Positions 47,946-60,550 of a DNA stretch of 64,000 nt are shown piece after piece. A program made the position numbers and the translations under genes. This DNA is from Lama glama (taxonomy: Eukaryota), in contig CM052816.1 of assembly GCA_028534125.1 (NCBI GenBank), positions 25,360,001 to 25,424,000 of the forward strand, read 5' to 3'. The notes below the pieces were generated by a model. It was not told the origin of the DNA. It was given only the letters and a program-made list of their open reading frames with translations, and searched no databases. The stretch's first letter is position 1, and each line of letters opens with the position of its first letter.

Positions 47946-49077
47946 TGTACACTCCAGTCCTGTGTGAAATGGACTGGCAGTTGCTAACAGAAACGGCAAA
48001 TGCATGAGAGGTTGCCTTTGCTGCTTTCCAGAGAACTGCTGTAGCTGCGGAGTCAGGAGCACCCAGGAGCTCCGCTTCTTCTATGCCGTCTGCCCCAGCC
48101 GGGAGTGGCTTGCTTCACACAACCTGTTATCTAGGTGGCAGGCCTTGGACTGTCAGCTCGCCTGTCAGCTTCAGTTCCTTTAGATTCATGACCCTTAAAG
48201 GTATTAGTTGCCTGATTGACTGACTGATGATGACTGACGTGTATACACAATTAACTCTTTGGTTTCACTAGACCTAAAATGAGACCCATATGTTTCTAAT
48301 CTACATATGTGTGTTAGTCTCTCCTCCCACAGTGAAATCACAATCAGACACTTCCAAAGAGATGTAGACCAGTGATTTTTAAGCATTTTGGCAGTCATGC
48401 AGAATTTCCAGTCCATTGATTGATCCCTACCATAATCGGTAATGCCTATCTTTTACATGTGATTTTATAGCCATCCGCCAGAGACTGGGCATAGACAAGT
48501 ACCTTTTTTTTTTTTTTTTTTTGCCAAACCACATTTAAACTACCATTGGTTAGTTTTTCCTTTAGTTTTTGCCTCTGAGCATTTTGGTTACCAACAATTT
48601 TCTACTAAAAAAAAATTCTTTTAAAAGTATGCTACACGATAGTGACAGTACATAGTTAAATATTAACCCATTATACACATCAATACATGATTCACAGGAA
48701 TAGTTGCTTGTTTGTATATCTATGGCATAAAGTAGATTCCTACTGAATTCCTACCTTGAGTTCTGGAATGCCCACAGTTTCTTGAGTTTGGTGCTGAGTG
48801 AGGCTTAGAAGGGCAGATTGTAGCCTAACAGCCCTCTATTTAAATATATACCACTTGCTTTTGCTCTTAGAATCCTTCAAAACTATTTCCTTTAAAGGAG
48901 GAGGAACCAATTTATTTTCTGTATCATACTCACTTCCTGAGGCTTGTAAATCTTTGAAGGAAGGAACAATATCTATTCTTTCTTTGTACCCCCAAATAAC
49001 AGCTCTCAGCACATCACATGTGTCAGTACCCCAGACTATCAAACAGTTTTCTCACCTGCCCAAACACCTCCCTATAC

Positions 49078-49920
49078 TGTTCATTCATGCATTCAACAAG
49101 CATCCAATGAGTGTCTACTATGGATAAGCTCTCTACAAGGCTGTAAGCGAGACTGCAATGGGAAAGAAGACACTGTCCCAACGGAGGAGGAAGACCAATA
49201 AATAAGCAAATAAGTGAGTAAAGAAGATGCTTTAAGAGCATATTAAATACTATGAAGGAAAAAGAATGGCTGATGTAACAGAGAGAGTCTGAAAGATTGC
49301 TTTATACTGGGAAGTAAGAGAAGGCTGTGCTGCGAAAGTAGCAGTATAAGTTGGACCTTAATGAGAAAAGAAAGAGAAGCCAGAAGGTGACATAGAGGAA
49401 GAAAATCCAAGCCAAGGGAAGAGCAAGGGCTGAAGACACCAAGACAGCCACAAATGTGGTGCAGTTGAAGGAAGAAAGTCCAGTGGTATGAGCAAGATGG
49501 AGAATGGAAAAAAAGGTCTGAGAGAAATGTGAGTCGCAGCAAAAAAGCTTGGATTTTATCCTACATGCAAAGATGAGCCATGAGAGGACTAATCTCCATG
49601 CCGTGGTCAGTCCTGAGTGCTGTCACCTGCTTGGAAGTTGGATTATAGGGAGCAACAGTAGAAGGTTATCAGTTAAGAGGCTATTGTCTTTCTTATGGAA
49701 TAGTTAGAAAGCATGGAGAGGAGTCATATATTTTAAGTATTTAATAGTGTTAGACATCCTCTTGATTTATCTACTTCTCTTCTTCTCCTTGGTTCTCTTT
49801 TAATGATAATGAATATTATTCTAATTATCGTTATTTCCATAGTTTACCTGGAAGGTGATGGTGGCTCAGAGTAGAGGGCTAGGGCTGGAAATGAAGTGGA
49901 TGGATTTGGGATATAGTTTG
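49078..49920 (-). mobile_element. L2 LINE 3' region
   Basis: Tail 'ttcattcatgcattcaacaagcatccaatgagtgtctactatg'; then 'agagaaggctgtg', 'ccaagccaagggaagagcaaggg', 'agcttggattttatcct', 'cagttaagaggctattgt', 'gtggatggatttgggatatagtttg'. Confidence 0.85.
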
Positions 49921-50279
49921 GGGTTCCTACTTATCTTTTGAGGCCCAGATAGAGTCCCAACTTCTCATGACATTTCCCTGCAACAATCATTTTCTCCTCA
50001 GAACACCTGTAGTACCTGTCAGTTGGCTATTATTGATTATATCATCTTGAATCTGCTTCTAGTCAATTCTGTATCTAAAACTTATTGGGGGAAAAAAGAA
50101 GGATGTATGAATTCTGTTGAGGATACTGAATCCCAGGCTCCACTCTAAATATCTTTATTCAGAAGAAGGAGGAAGAAATCAGCATTTCAAACAAATGCTT
50201 CAGGTGATTTAGATTATGGTGATTTATCAGCCCTGCCAGGAGGAATAACAGTCCAAACTTTGGAAAAGAGAATAAGACT

Positions 50280-50600
50280 GGAGATAACAGATTTGGGAGT
50301 ATAGGTATAGGTAGCAATTAAAACCATAGGCATGGGTGGCCACTGCCTAGGGATAATGTGTAGAGGGAAGAAAGGAGATTAGAACTGAGCCTTGGGAGAG
50401 CCTCTGAAAGAGAATGGGGAGAAAAAAAACTGACAGCTCTGTCAGTGACACTTAGGAGCAGAATTTCAATGAGGTGGGTCATACATTCATTGCTACAAAA
50501 TATTATCAGAAGGCTTTCTCTGTGCTAGGCACTGGAACATAGCAGAGAACAATACTGACAAACATCCCTGCTCCTGTAGAACGTACAATCTAGTATCAAA
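50280..50600 (-). mobile_element. Two L2 fragments
   Basis: 'ggagataacagatttgggagt...taggtagcaattaaaaccatagg...agaactgagccttggg'; a separate tail 'cattcatt...ctgtgctaggcactggaacatagcagagaacaa...atccctgctcctgtagaac'. Confidence 0.7.
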
Positions 50601-51399
50601 TGGAACAGAATGACCTGAAAACTCCAAAATAGAAAAGAGAGTTTTAAGGAAAGTTAGATGGAAAGTTAGATGGATGCCAAAATTGCTGTGGGCTGAGAAA
50701 TGAGTAGGAGATGAGAAAGTAAGACAGAGGAAATCTGATTTATACTTTCTAAATGGACCAATAGGGAAGAAAGGAACCAAACTCTGTATGGTTTTTCCCT
50801 GCCACTCACAGGTGAGTTGTGTGACTTCAGTGTTACTACACTGCTACTAAGAAGGGAAAATTAATTTTCTGGGAAAACTTAATTTTGAACTCTAGCAAAC
50901 AAAATTATAGATGTTAAAAGAACTAAAATACCTTCAAGTCTCTGGAATCAGGAAGAACAAAAATAGAACCTTTTGCAGAATGGCCCAAAAAACTAGCAGA
51001 TGACAATGACAATTCACTGGCTTCTACAAGAATTGGGGGGGGGGGCAGGATATTTCCAGGCTAACAAAATAAAGAACAAAAATTATTTAATTAATTAATA
51101 TTAGTCAAACATGAAAATTATGAGATTGCTATTCTGCAAAGCCTTTTAACCATATAAAAGTGAGGTAGAAAGGAATTTAAGACTGACTCAAATATAAAAA
51201 TATATGACTCACACCCATTTCCTCCTTTTCTGATTCACTGTTTCCTGCTTTTTTGCCCACAAACTACAAAGAGCACCGTAGTTTAGAGAAATCAGTTGCA
51301 AGTCCAAACATACATTCTTTGTTAAACCTGGAATACAATTTTTAATCAAGGAAATCGATTCTCTCCAATTATATATTAAAAATTAGTTATCTCAATTTT

Positions 51400-52620
51400 T
51401 TCATGGTTAATATTAAGCCAATCCAGATTCTAAATATTTTTGGAGTGTATGGTAGTTTATTCAGCAGAATAATTCTAAGTTGGAAACCAACCTGGAAAAA
51501 GAAGTTTATGAAAACTATCAGGAAATTTCAGAAAGAAACAGAAGTGAATTTCCTCCTTACACTAAATAAATTTCAAACTGACCAATGATTCAGAGACAAA
51601 TATGGACCAACACAAAATCAAGAAGAAAAACTGGGAAATTTTATTTCTAATTATGGAATAGAAAATACTTTGCTTCTTATAAATACAAAACATATAAGTC
51701 ATAGGGGATATCTGACTTGATAAAAATTTAAAATAACGTATAATAAAAAGCAATTACTATAAGCTAAATGACAAAAATGGAAGAAACACTTGGAATCATT
51801 ATGACAAAGAGCTAACTTTCTTAATTTCCAGAAAGCTCATACAATACATTATGAAAAAGAGAAATAACCCAATGGGAAATTGGCAAGAAAATATGAATAG
51901 GAACTTCATAGTATAAAAAATAGTCATTGTTAATAAGGTAAATATAAAGATGTATCCTTCAGTTGTAGTTAAATAATTTGCAAGTTATCACAACTGCCTA
52001 AGCTGAGAGTACTATTATTACTCACATTTTCAGAAAAATAGCTAATTGGTCTAGCACCATTTTCTTAAAAGACCCTCTATTCCCCATTGATTTGTAATGC
52101 CACAGCTGTTATGCAGTAAATTGCCCCATGTGAATTAGACTATTTCTCAGTTCCACTATTATATTTCTCTATTCCTGGAAAAATGGTACAATGTCTTACT
52201 TACTACTACTGCATAATATTTTGATATCTGAACAAAGTTCCTCCATGACAGTCTTGAGAGTAGTTTCTCAACTACTTAGGGGCTTTTGCACCTTCATTAA
52301 ACTTCAGAAAATCAGGACTTTTAATTTTTTTCTGTTCCACAGAAGGAAACATCTAACAGGAATAGGAAATTATAAATATATACGTGGAAAAAAGACATCT
52401 TTTCAAAATTGAATCTTCCTCTCCATGAACATGGTATAGCAATGCATTTATTTAGGTCTTCTCTAATTTACTTCAATAATGTTTTAGTTTTCTCTATAAC
52501 CTCCTAAAATATCCTTTGTTAAATTTCAGTTACATCAGACTTTCTAACTACCTTTGTCACATGTATAAAAAGTTAAACAACTCTTTTGATAAGGTTATAG
52601 GAAAAAAGACTGTACACTCA
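51400..52620 (+). mobile_element. Old L1M fragment interrupted by an antisense L1 piece
   Basis: 'atgacaaagagctaactttcttaat...aaagctc...aaataacccaatgggaaattggcaagaaaatatgaatagg'; resumes weakly at about 52525-52620. Confidence 0.7.
52040..52522 (-). mobile_element. L1 ORF2 fragment, antisense
   Basis: 'ctagcaccattt...ttccccattgatttgtaatgccac', 'ttgaatcttcctctccatgaacatggtat...catttatttaggtcttct...ttcaataatgtttt'. Confidence 0.85.
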
Positions 52621-53954
52621 AAATTTTTAAGAATTCGTTTATGGGAAGGCAAGGAGGAGAGTACTCACTAGACAGTCTTAACACATCACAATGACAGCCT
52701 TTCTTTATATGAGACTAAGACCTGCTACCCATCTGTCAACCTCACTTCCAAGAATTTTTTAGTGATCCACTAGAAGAGTGTTTACTTGTTTACCCACAAG
52801 TAAATAAACTTTGAAAGAGTAAACTGGCAGTGTTCATTTGAAAAGAGTTCAAATGTACATTTGAAAGGAAGAAGAATCAAATTATTCAAAGCAGATTATG
52901 GCATTAAAGGTCTATAAAAGAGTAATAATAATTGATCAAATGAGTAAAATAGTAAAATTTTTTTTTGCCAGTTGAGTTTTTAACTTTTAGAATCACATGG
53001 CATATTCTCTTAATTAAAGAAAAATTAAATTACTTCCTCTTTAGTAGCCCTGAAATACCATGAAATATTATCCTGATTTATTTATTTGTAAAAATATTCA
53101 CAATCCAAATTTGAAAGTGATGTTCCAGTGAACAGTGAAAGGAACGTGTCTAGGAAGAAATATGTTTTTTTAAAAAAAACCATGATTAAACACCACCACT
53201 TCCTTTTGACCCCTTAAATTCTACGGCTACTACTTTATTATATGATATCTCTCTCCTTCCTAGCCATTCTTAATTTTTCTCACTTCTCATGTCAACTGAG
53301 GAATTCTATTAAATGCCTACTTGATAATACTGTGCTAAGGACATATAAGAATAATATAAGATATAATAAAGCCTCACAAAGGAAAGTACAATATTTTTGT
53401 GAAGATAAGAGTTGCCAATATGAAATAGAGAATAAATATGCATAGCATAGATAACAGGTCCCAAACACATACACTTGTTTACTAGAAAACAAAACAAAAC
53501 AAATCAAAAGAAAGGAAAACTTAGAGCTTCACAAAGAGTTCTATGCAATATAAACTGAAGAATGATAGTAGAATATATTTCTCATTTTTATAAAGTTCAG
53601 TGCTTACAATACTGAATTAATTCTCTGGTCTATCCCAGATTCCTTTAGGCCTAGAACACCTTCTCGAGAGAGCTAAGGAGTTAATGCAAAGGATTCAGTA
53701 AAACATTATCATCTCTTTTTATCCCTTATTCAGTGAGAGGGAACAGCCTATTTGAATATTTTGTTTAACATTTAGTTTTCATTTGCAAGGAAGAAAATGA
53801 TTGTTCTCCATTGCTTGCTTGGTTTCTGTTATGCCTAACCTCCTGGACTGCATGTTATTATTCATTATGTACATGCACCCAAGTTGAGCAAAGGTATTCC
53901 TCCAATGGAGTTAAAATAAGACTCTCCAAAGGATACCCTAGTCATAAGAAAGTA

Positions 53955-54045
53955 AGTCCAGCATGGGTAGAGGTCTTTGTTTCGTTCACTGAATAATGCT
54001 TTGTGCACAGTTGGCATTCAATACATATTTGTTAAATAAATTAAT
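53955..54045 (+). mobile_element. L2 3' tail
   Basis: 'gtctttgtttcgttcactg...gcacagttggcattcaatacatattttgttaaataaattaat'. Confidence 0.65.
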
Positions 54046-54667
54046 TTATTTAGACCTGTTATGGGAAATAATATTCAATACATCATGTTAGGGGAAGTCC
54101 ATATGAAACTGAAGATAATAACCATGAATAAATGGGTAGGTTGCATGAATCACGCTCCTCTGAGGCAAGGTCAGTAGGTGATGCTTTTGTTTTCCCTTGT
54201 TGTGTATGTCTTTGGATTTTTGACAAATCTTTCCCTGGCTTGTCAGCTTTTTAAAACCAGGTAAAATATTTTAAAAATGAGATCTTTCAAGTAGATAAAT
54301 ACAGTTATTTCTCCACATAATTATTCAATATTGATGGAAAATATTATAAAATAGAACAAACTTGGACATTTACAAATAAATAGTACCATTTAACTGGTGA
54401 AGATGAGCTAGAGAATTTGACAATAATATTGATACCAGCTAATTTACTTCTTTAAGTAAGACGAAAGATAAGCTCCCCTCCCATGCTGTCCTCATGCAAT
54501 GTGGAAATTGTTTGCAAGGTGGAGTGACAAGTAAAATTTCAACTTGATGTATAATCTTTGTCCTAATACTAACATACAGTTATCAATCTTGATCTTCAAA
54601 GTTCTCTGATTTAGAAGTTAATTTCAACTTCAGCCTTTGTTCAGACTTAATAATGATGGTAATATTT

Positions 54668-54813
54668 TTTTTCAATTTTTTTTTTTTTGGTAGGGGGAGG
54701 TAATTAGGTTTATGTATTTATTTATTCTTAGAGGAGGTACTGGGGATTGAACCCAGGACCTCATGCATGCTATGCATGCACTCTATCACTTGAGCTATCC
54801 GCCCCCCCCCCCC
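54668..54813 (-). mobile_element. Young tRNA-derived SINE, camelid Vic-1-like
   Basis: Minus strand: G12-CGGATAGCTCAAGTGATAGAGTGCATGC...GTCCTGGGTTCAATCCCCAGTACCTCC...AATAAATAAA...CCTAATTACCTCCCCC-poly(A). Pol III A and B boxes present; perfect 15-bp TSD atgatggtaatattt (54653-54667, 54814-54828). Confidence 0.92.
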
Positions 54814-55106
54814 ATGATGGTAATATTTAAATAGGAAAAGTTATTTCAACATTGCAATTGTTAGAATTTAGGGATGTCCGTGAATCAAAGGAAAGGAGGA
54901 GGTTTCGATAAAGAGGGATTTACCCTAACACATCCCTGGCCCCTCCCTGTTTTTTAACTACTCTGTCCCACAAAAAGTCATGTGACCCACCTGACTGGTG
55001 GGTTTGCAGGCTCTAAGTGGCCACAAATGACACTCTTGGCTCTTCTTCCTCTTGAGAACCTTCATCCTCAACACCTGCAGGGGCCATCTACCAGAAACAG
55101 TTGAAG

Positions 55107-55581
55107 GGCATATCCATTTCCTGAGGCTGCTATAACAAATTTTTTCAAGTTTCATGGCTAACAACAGAAATTTGCTCTCTCACAGTTCTGGAGGTCAGAA
55201 TTCCAAACTCAGGTTCATTGGGCCAAGATGCAGGTGTCAGCAGGGTGGCACTCCCTCAGGAGACTCTGGGGTGGTGCCGGGGAGTCTTCCCTGCTTCTTC
55301 CAGCTCCGTTGGCTGCTGTCTTTCCTCAGCTTGTGGACGCTTCACTCCATTCTCTGTCTTTGTGGGTACACTGCCTCCTCCCCCTCTGCCTGTCTTACCT
55401 CCCTCTGCTTCTCTCTTGTAAGGATACTTCTCTTGGCATTTAAGACCCACCTTTATAACCAGGAAAATCTCATCTCCAGATTCTTAATGTAATCACATCT
55501 GCAAAAACTTTACCAGTTAACCTTCATAGGTGCCAGGAATTAGAACCTGATATTTTTATGGCCATTATTCAGCCCACGACA
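55107..55581 (-). mobile_element. MLT1C-like solo LTR
   Basis: 'tttcctgaggctgctataacaaat', 'caacagaaatttgctctctcacagttctggaggtcagaa', 'aggtgtcagcaggg', 'taatcacatctgcaaa'; ends 'ccattattcagcccacgaca'; tgaag on both flanks. Confidence 0.9.
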
Positions 55582-57371
55582 TGAAGGAAGCCTGCCCTGT
55601 CCAGTATGATCAAGACAGACCAGGTATCTCCTAAATTCTAGTCCATTTGCCCTCCAGACTGAATTACAGTCTCCATCTTAACTTTGTCCACAGTAAAGCT
55701 AATATTTTGATCTCCTACTCTGTGTCTTCCCAAAGTATTTAGAACATGGACAGGGAAGAAGAGTTCTATTTATTGGAGGCCCCTTGAAACTTAGTAGGAA
55801 ATGAGATAAAAATCATGGCATAGATTATCACAGACAGACTACTTGAGAAACCCCCTTTTACCATGTACCACTGTGAAGAGGTCAAGAAGCAAAAATGAAA
55901 TAAGGTGAGGGAAGGGGAGGTAGAGCGCAGAAATCTAGACCTAATTCAGCCACTGTGTGCACATTCATTATGCACAATGAAGTATCTACATATGGCACCT
56001 GAAAAATACCGCTGAATTAATAATTTAGATGGTGATTATGCCTCTAATTTCCTACCATATTCTACTAAATAGACATTGTAATGAAAAGCATATTTTATTT
56101 ACAATTATAGTTTATGAAAGCAAATATAAACTGACAGTAATGAGAAGGTGGTGTCACTAAATCCATTTTAATGTAAATTGCCACATTGAAAATATTCTGA
56201 AAGCAGGAAGGGCAGTTAATGAACCTAGTTCTGATACCCTGGTCAGAAATGACTGGCTTAAGCCCTGGTCTTCTGTTTCAGACTCTTTGACGATCACCTC
56301 CTCATCTTTGAAGTGTTTATTGTTTCTCTTCATGGTACTCTAATTATAACAGTTTTTCTTCCCTCCCCCACCCCTCCTCCTCCTGGCTATCAGCAAACCC
56401 AGTTTGAATTATAAAGGAACAATTCTTGGCTGTAAACACAAATCTGTCTCCCAAGCAAGGGCTCCCTTGCTGTGTATATAGCAGAGGAAGGGATGATGTA
56501 ACAAGGGTAATTATAAGCTGAGCTGGCTGGTGTCACTGTGGAGAAGGGCCTGTCAGCATTTCACTGTGAATAATAATACCACTGCCTCTGCTGATGTGAA
56601 ACGCCAGGTGTTGGGTTCTCGGACAGCTTTTAGGTCTAAGGATGCAACTTTTAATTGAAGACTCTGCTACAGAAGGCTATACTTGCTACAACCCTGATAT
56701 TATAATGCACAAAGTCTTTTTTTTCCCCCTGCTGATGGGAATCAGTCTAGAATTGGGAGCTACTGAAGGCTAAGACATTAGAAAGGAGCCTTGAAAGAGG
56801 AATGATTCAGACTGAAGGTGAGAAAGTAAAGAAAGCAACTTTATTCAATGGTTCTTTCTCCTCTCTTTTTTATTTCTTTCCTCAAAAATGTATTCCCTCT
56901 AAAAATGGTATTTTAGCTTGTGTTACCCAGAGACCTACAACAAGTTTTTAAAAATATTCTTGAAAACTAGAGAAAAAAAATGAAGAGGTCACGACTCACC
57001 GTTAAATTCATCAGGAAAATGAATGATTTGGGAAAAATTCGTCACAATTCCTATTACATGTAAAGTCCTCATTTTCTGAATATATAAAGAACTCTTAGAA
57101 CTTGATTAGAAAAATACCAACAACCCAATAGAAGAATGGGCAACAAACATGAACAGATGTGCAATTAATACAAGTAAACATAAATGTAAAGATGCTCAAC
57201 TTCATTCATACTGAGAGAAATGCAAATAAAAATCACATTGAGATACTCTTTTCATCTTTTAGACTGGCAAAAATCTCAAAGTCCAGCAACACATTCTGTT
57301 TGTGAAGATGTGGGGAAACAGCCTCATCAATTGCTGATTTGAGTGCAAAGTGGTCCAAACCCTGTAGAGGG

Positions 57372-58071
57372 TGTACTAGTTTTCTATCGCAGCTGTAACA
57401 AATAGCTACTTTTAGAGGCTTAAAACAAGACTGATTTATCATCTTACAGTTCTGTAGATCAGATGTCCACATAGACCTCACAGGGCTAAAATCCATGTGA
57501 CATCAAGGGCTGTGTTCCTTACTGGAGACTTAAGGGGAGAATTTGTTTCTCGGAAATTCCAGAACTGAGGTCCCCATTTTCTTGCTCATTCAAGTTGTGG
57601 GCAAAATTTAGTTTCTTGTGGCTGTCAACCAAGGGTCATCCCCAGCTTCTAGGGCTGCCTGCATCCCTTGGCTCAGGACCCTCTTCTTCCATCTTCAGAG
57701 ACAGCACTGGCAGGTCAAGTCCTGCTCATGTCACATCTGTCCTGCAAGTTCGTCTGCCTTTTCCCTCTTCCACTTTTAAGGACTCATGAGATTATACTGA
57801 GCCAAGATAATCCAAGATAACTTCCCCATGTCAAGATTCTGAACCTTAATCACTTCAAAGTATCTTTTGCAGTATATAGGTTAATATACTGACAAATTCC
57901 AAGGATATGGACTTTTTTCTTCCTTTTTTCAGCTGTACTGAGGTATAATTGACAAGTGAAACTGTAAAATATTTAAAGTGTACAAGATGATGACTTGATT
58001 TACATATCCATTGTGAAAGGATTCCCCTAGCATATAGACATCTTTCAGGGGCCATTACTCTGCCTACCCCA
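57372..58071 (-). mobile_element. MLT1E-like solo LTR with perfect 5-bp TSD
   Basis: TG...CA termini with GAGGG at 57367-57371 and 58072-58076; 'ggcttaaaacaa...tttatcatcttacagttctgtag', 'agaactgaggtcccc', 'tcttccacttttaaggactc'. Confidence 0.9.
57913..58031 (-). mobile_element. L1MA (L1MA9-like) 3' tail inside the MLT1E LTR
   Basis: T-tract, then 'tgaggtataattgacaa...aatatttaaagtgtacaagatgatgacttga...cattgtgaaaggattccc'; flanks atatggac/atatagac. Confidence 0.85.
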
Positions 58072-59784
58072 GAGGGTAATTTGTCAGCATCTCCTTTATT
58101 AGAGGTGTGTCTATCCTTGACTCAGTAATCCCACTTCTGGCAATGTGTTTTATGTATATGACTGTGTGCAAACAAAAATGGCCTCTGTACCAACTTATTC
58201 TTTGTAGTACAGTTTATCATACCAAAAAAAAAAAAAAGATCCCAAGTGTTTGCCACTAATAGACTGATTAAACTATGATGTATCCTCTTAATGCAGCTTT
58301 AAAAATAGTATAAATAAACCTTGATTGTAGAAAGATCTCAAGATATTATTAAAAAGTAGGTTTATGTTAATGTATGTATGTACATATACTGTATGCTACT
58401 TCAGTTCAAGAACCCAATATTGACGCCCTTGTAAGATATGCCTAGCCTAAACCTTCATATATATATTTGTATATATTGTATATACATACTATTTTAATGA
58501 GTTTATCAGTAACATATGTAAAGATAGTCTATATGCATATAGACTTTTTATATTTATTTATTAGTAAACAAAGGAACATAGCCTAAGAAACTAATAGAAG
58601 TGAGATTACCTATCGGGCATAAGTGAACAGGAAAAGTTAAGACCAGAACAGGGGTGTAAATATGATTTCTCAGTAGAACACTTCTTATTATCATTTTGGT
58701 ATTTGAACGCTGTGATTGAATTACTTATACAGAAATGTAGTGGTAAAGTAAAGAATAAGAAAAAAAACCACCGGAGTTGGGGAAATGGAACGTTGTTCTG
58801 CATCAGAGTAGCTTTATTTTTGTTAACTTATACATTAAAATGCATCTTACATAAGTTAGTGGGGAGACAAGAACAGTAATTGACATGGAAGTTGGTTTAA
58901 TATTAAAGTTAAGGGAAAATGGTCAGATATAGAATTTTTTGTAGCATTGGTATTGATGTGAGTTTAAAATAAAATGTTTTCCCACAGTAAATGTAAGTGG
59001 TTGAATGTCCACTGATAGTTTTTTCCCTTTGTAATATGTCCTGTGCTTTTTAGTTCCTATAAATTCCATTTTTTAAAGAAGTTAAATGTAATTAATTACA
59101 AATTTAGCATTTCGTCCTGGCATGAGCTTTTCAGTTTCAGCAAAGCTTAAGAAAAGCACGTAAACCAAAGAACAGTGGTTCTATACCCAGAGCCAGCAGC
59201 GGGGTTGCTACCTTAATCTCCAGTTTTGTCAGTGTCTACCCTCAAACATGAACCAGCATAGGGTACAAATTGGAACTACTTATAGAGGGTGCAGCATTTT
59301 TTTATCACCTTGGTTTCCCACAAACGTTAAAAGGACAGAGCCTACAGGAAAGAACATATGGGTTCTTATTCATTTTTTGCCTCTCAGTCGTGTGGGAAAA
59401 CTCCAAAATACATCACAATCTTAACAAAATTGAGAGTACTGTCTTGGGATAGAGGGATTGCATGATTTTTATTTTCTTCTTTACAGATATATTTTCCAAA
59501 CAAATACATGTTACTTTTTGATCAGGAAGAGAAATAGATGACGTTTAAATAGTCACTGTAAATATCTCACTCTAGATTTGTATGACTCTTTCATACCCTA
59601 TAATAATAATTAAAGACCCATCCAGTGTTTTCTGACAATCATGCCTATCAAGTTTGATACTTAGCTTCCTGACCTGATTCCATCCTTTCTCAGTGTCCTC
59701 ATCAGCCTGTTGCCTGTGCTGCTTAGCTCTCTAACCACATTCAATAATGTCTTTTAAAAGTGAAGTCAGGAAAGGCTGAAAGGC

Positions 59785-59813
59785 TGTGTGTGTGCGCGTG
59801 TGTCTGTGTGTGT
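59785..59813. repeat. (TG)n imperfect dinucleotide repeat
   Basis: 'tgtgtgtgtgcgcgtgtgtctgtgtgtgt'. Confidence 0.9.
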
Positions 59814-60349
59814 AAAAGTGAGGGAGAGGAGAATGACTTGTTTTCTGTGAGAAAACACACCCTACAAAACCAAAATGTCTCCCAGAGGTAAAAGAAGGAA
59901 AGAGAAAATCATGGGGTCAGTTGTAGTTTGTTACTAGAATATGTCTCATGGTTTTCAACATATCACTTCTGTGTACTTCTTTATTGATTGATTACAAAAC
60001 CAACCTTCTGGGCTACAAGGAATGCAAGTTCCTGTCAAAGATTCAGCTTAACATCAGCCTGGATGCTCAGACACCTCCTTCATTTTTAAGTTAGAAAAGC
60101 ACCCCTTTCATGTGACGTTTTCTTTAATTGAATTAGAAATACAATTCATTGTAGGTTGTTTGAAGCATCTGTCTTCATAAGATAGCATTAAAACACTGTG
60201 ATATAACAAGAAAAAATCACCCGCAAAAAAGAAAGAAAAGCATCCCTTCTCACCACCTTACGAATTGACCAACCATCAACGTCAGATAGTGTCTTTTTCA
60301 TAAACCACCTCTCCATACTGAGATCTGATCATATCTCCCCAATCCCTCC

Positions 60350-60550
60350 AAATACAGCACAGTGCAGGGGAACAAACTCAGCCAGGGAATCATACTTTGC
60401 TTTAGATTCTACTCCTTCTGTTAGCTTCATGACTTTAGGGGTGTAACTTAACCCCTTGAGCTTCAGGAACTTTATCAGTAAGAAGTCTTATTGCTTCATA
60501 GAACTATTTTAAGGACTTAAAGAGATCACAAATGTAAAGCAGCAAACTTT
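60350..60550 (+). mobile_element. MIR SINE
   Basis: 'ttagcttcatgactttagggg...acttaaccccttgagcttcag...tcagtaa...ttcatagaactattttaaggacttaaagagat...atgtaaagca'. Confidence 0.65.

Larger units (their letters stand above)
57025..58400 (+). mobile_element. L1ME-type 3' ORF2/UTR fragment split by an MLT1 LTR
   Basis: 'atatataaagaactctta...aacaacccaatagaagaatgggcaa', 'aaagatgctcaacttcattc...agagaaatgcaaataaaa'; resumes 'ccttgactcagtaatcccacttctgg'. Confidence 0.85.

Noticed and set aside
50648..50674. 12-bp tandem duplication ggaaagttagat x2
   Set aside because: Ordinary slippage duplication with no further structure.
54730..54813. tRNA gene on the minus strand
   Set aside because: The tRNA-like head continues into a SINE body and A-tail, is bounded by a TSD and has no proper acceptor stem; it is a SINE.
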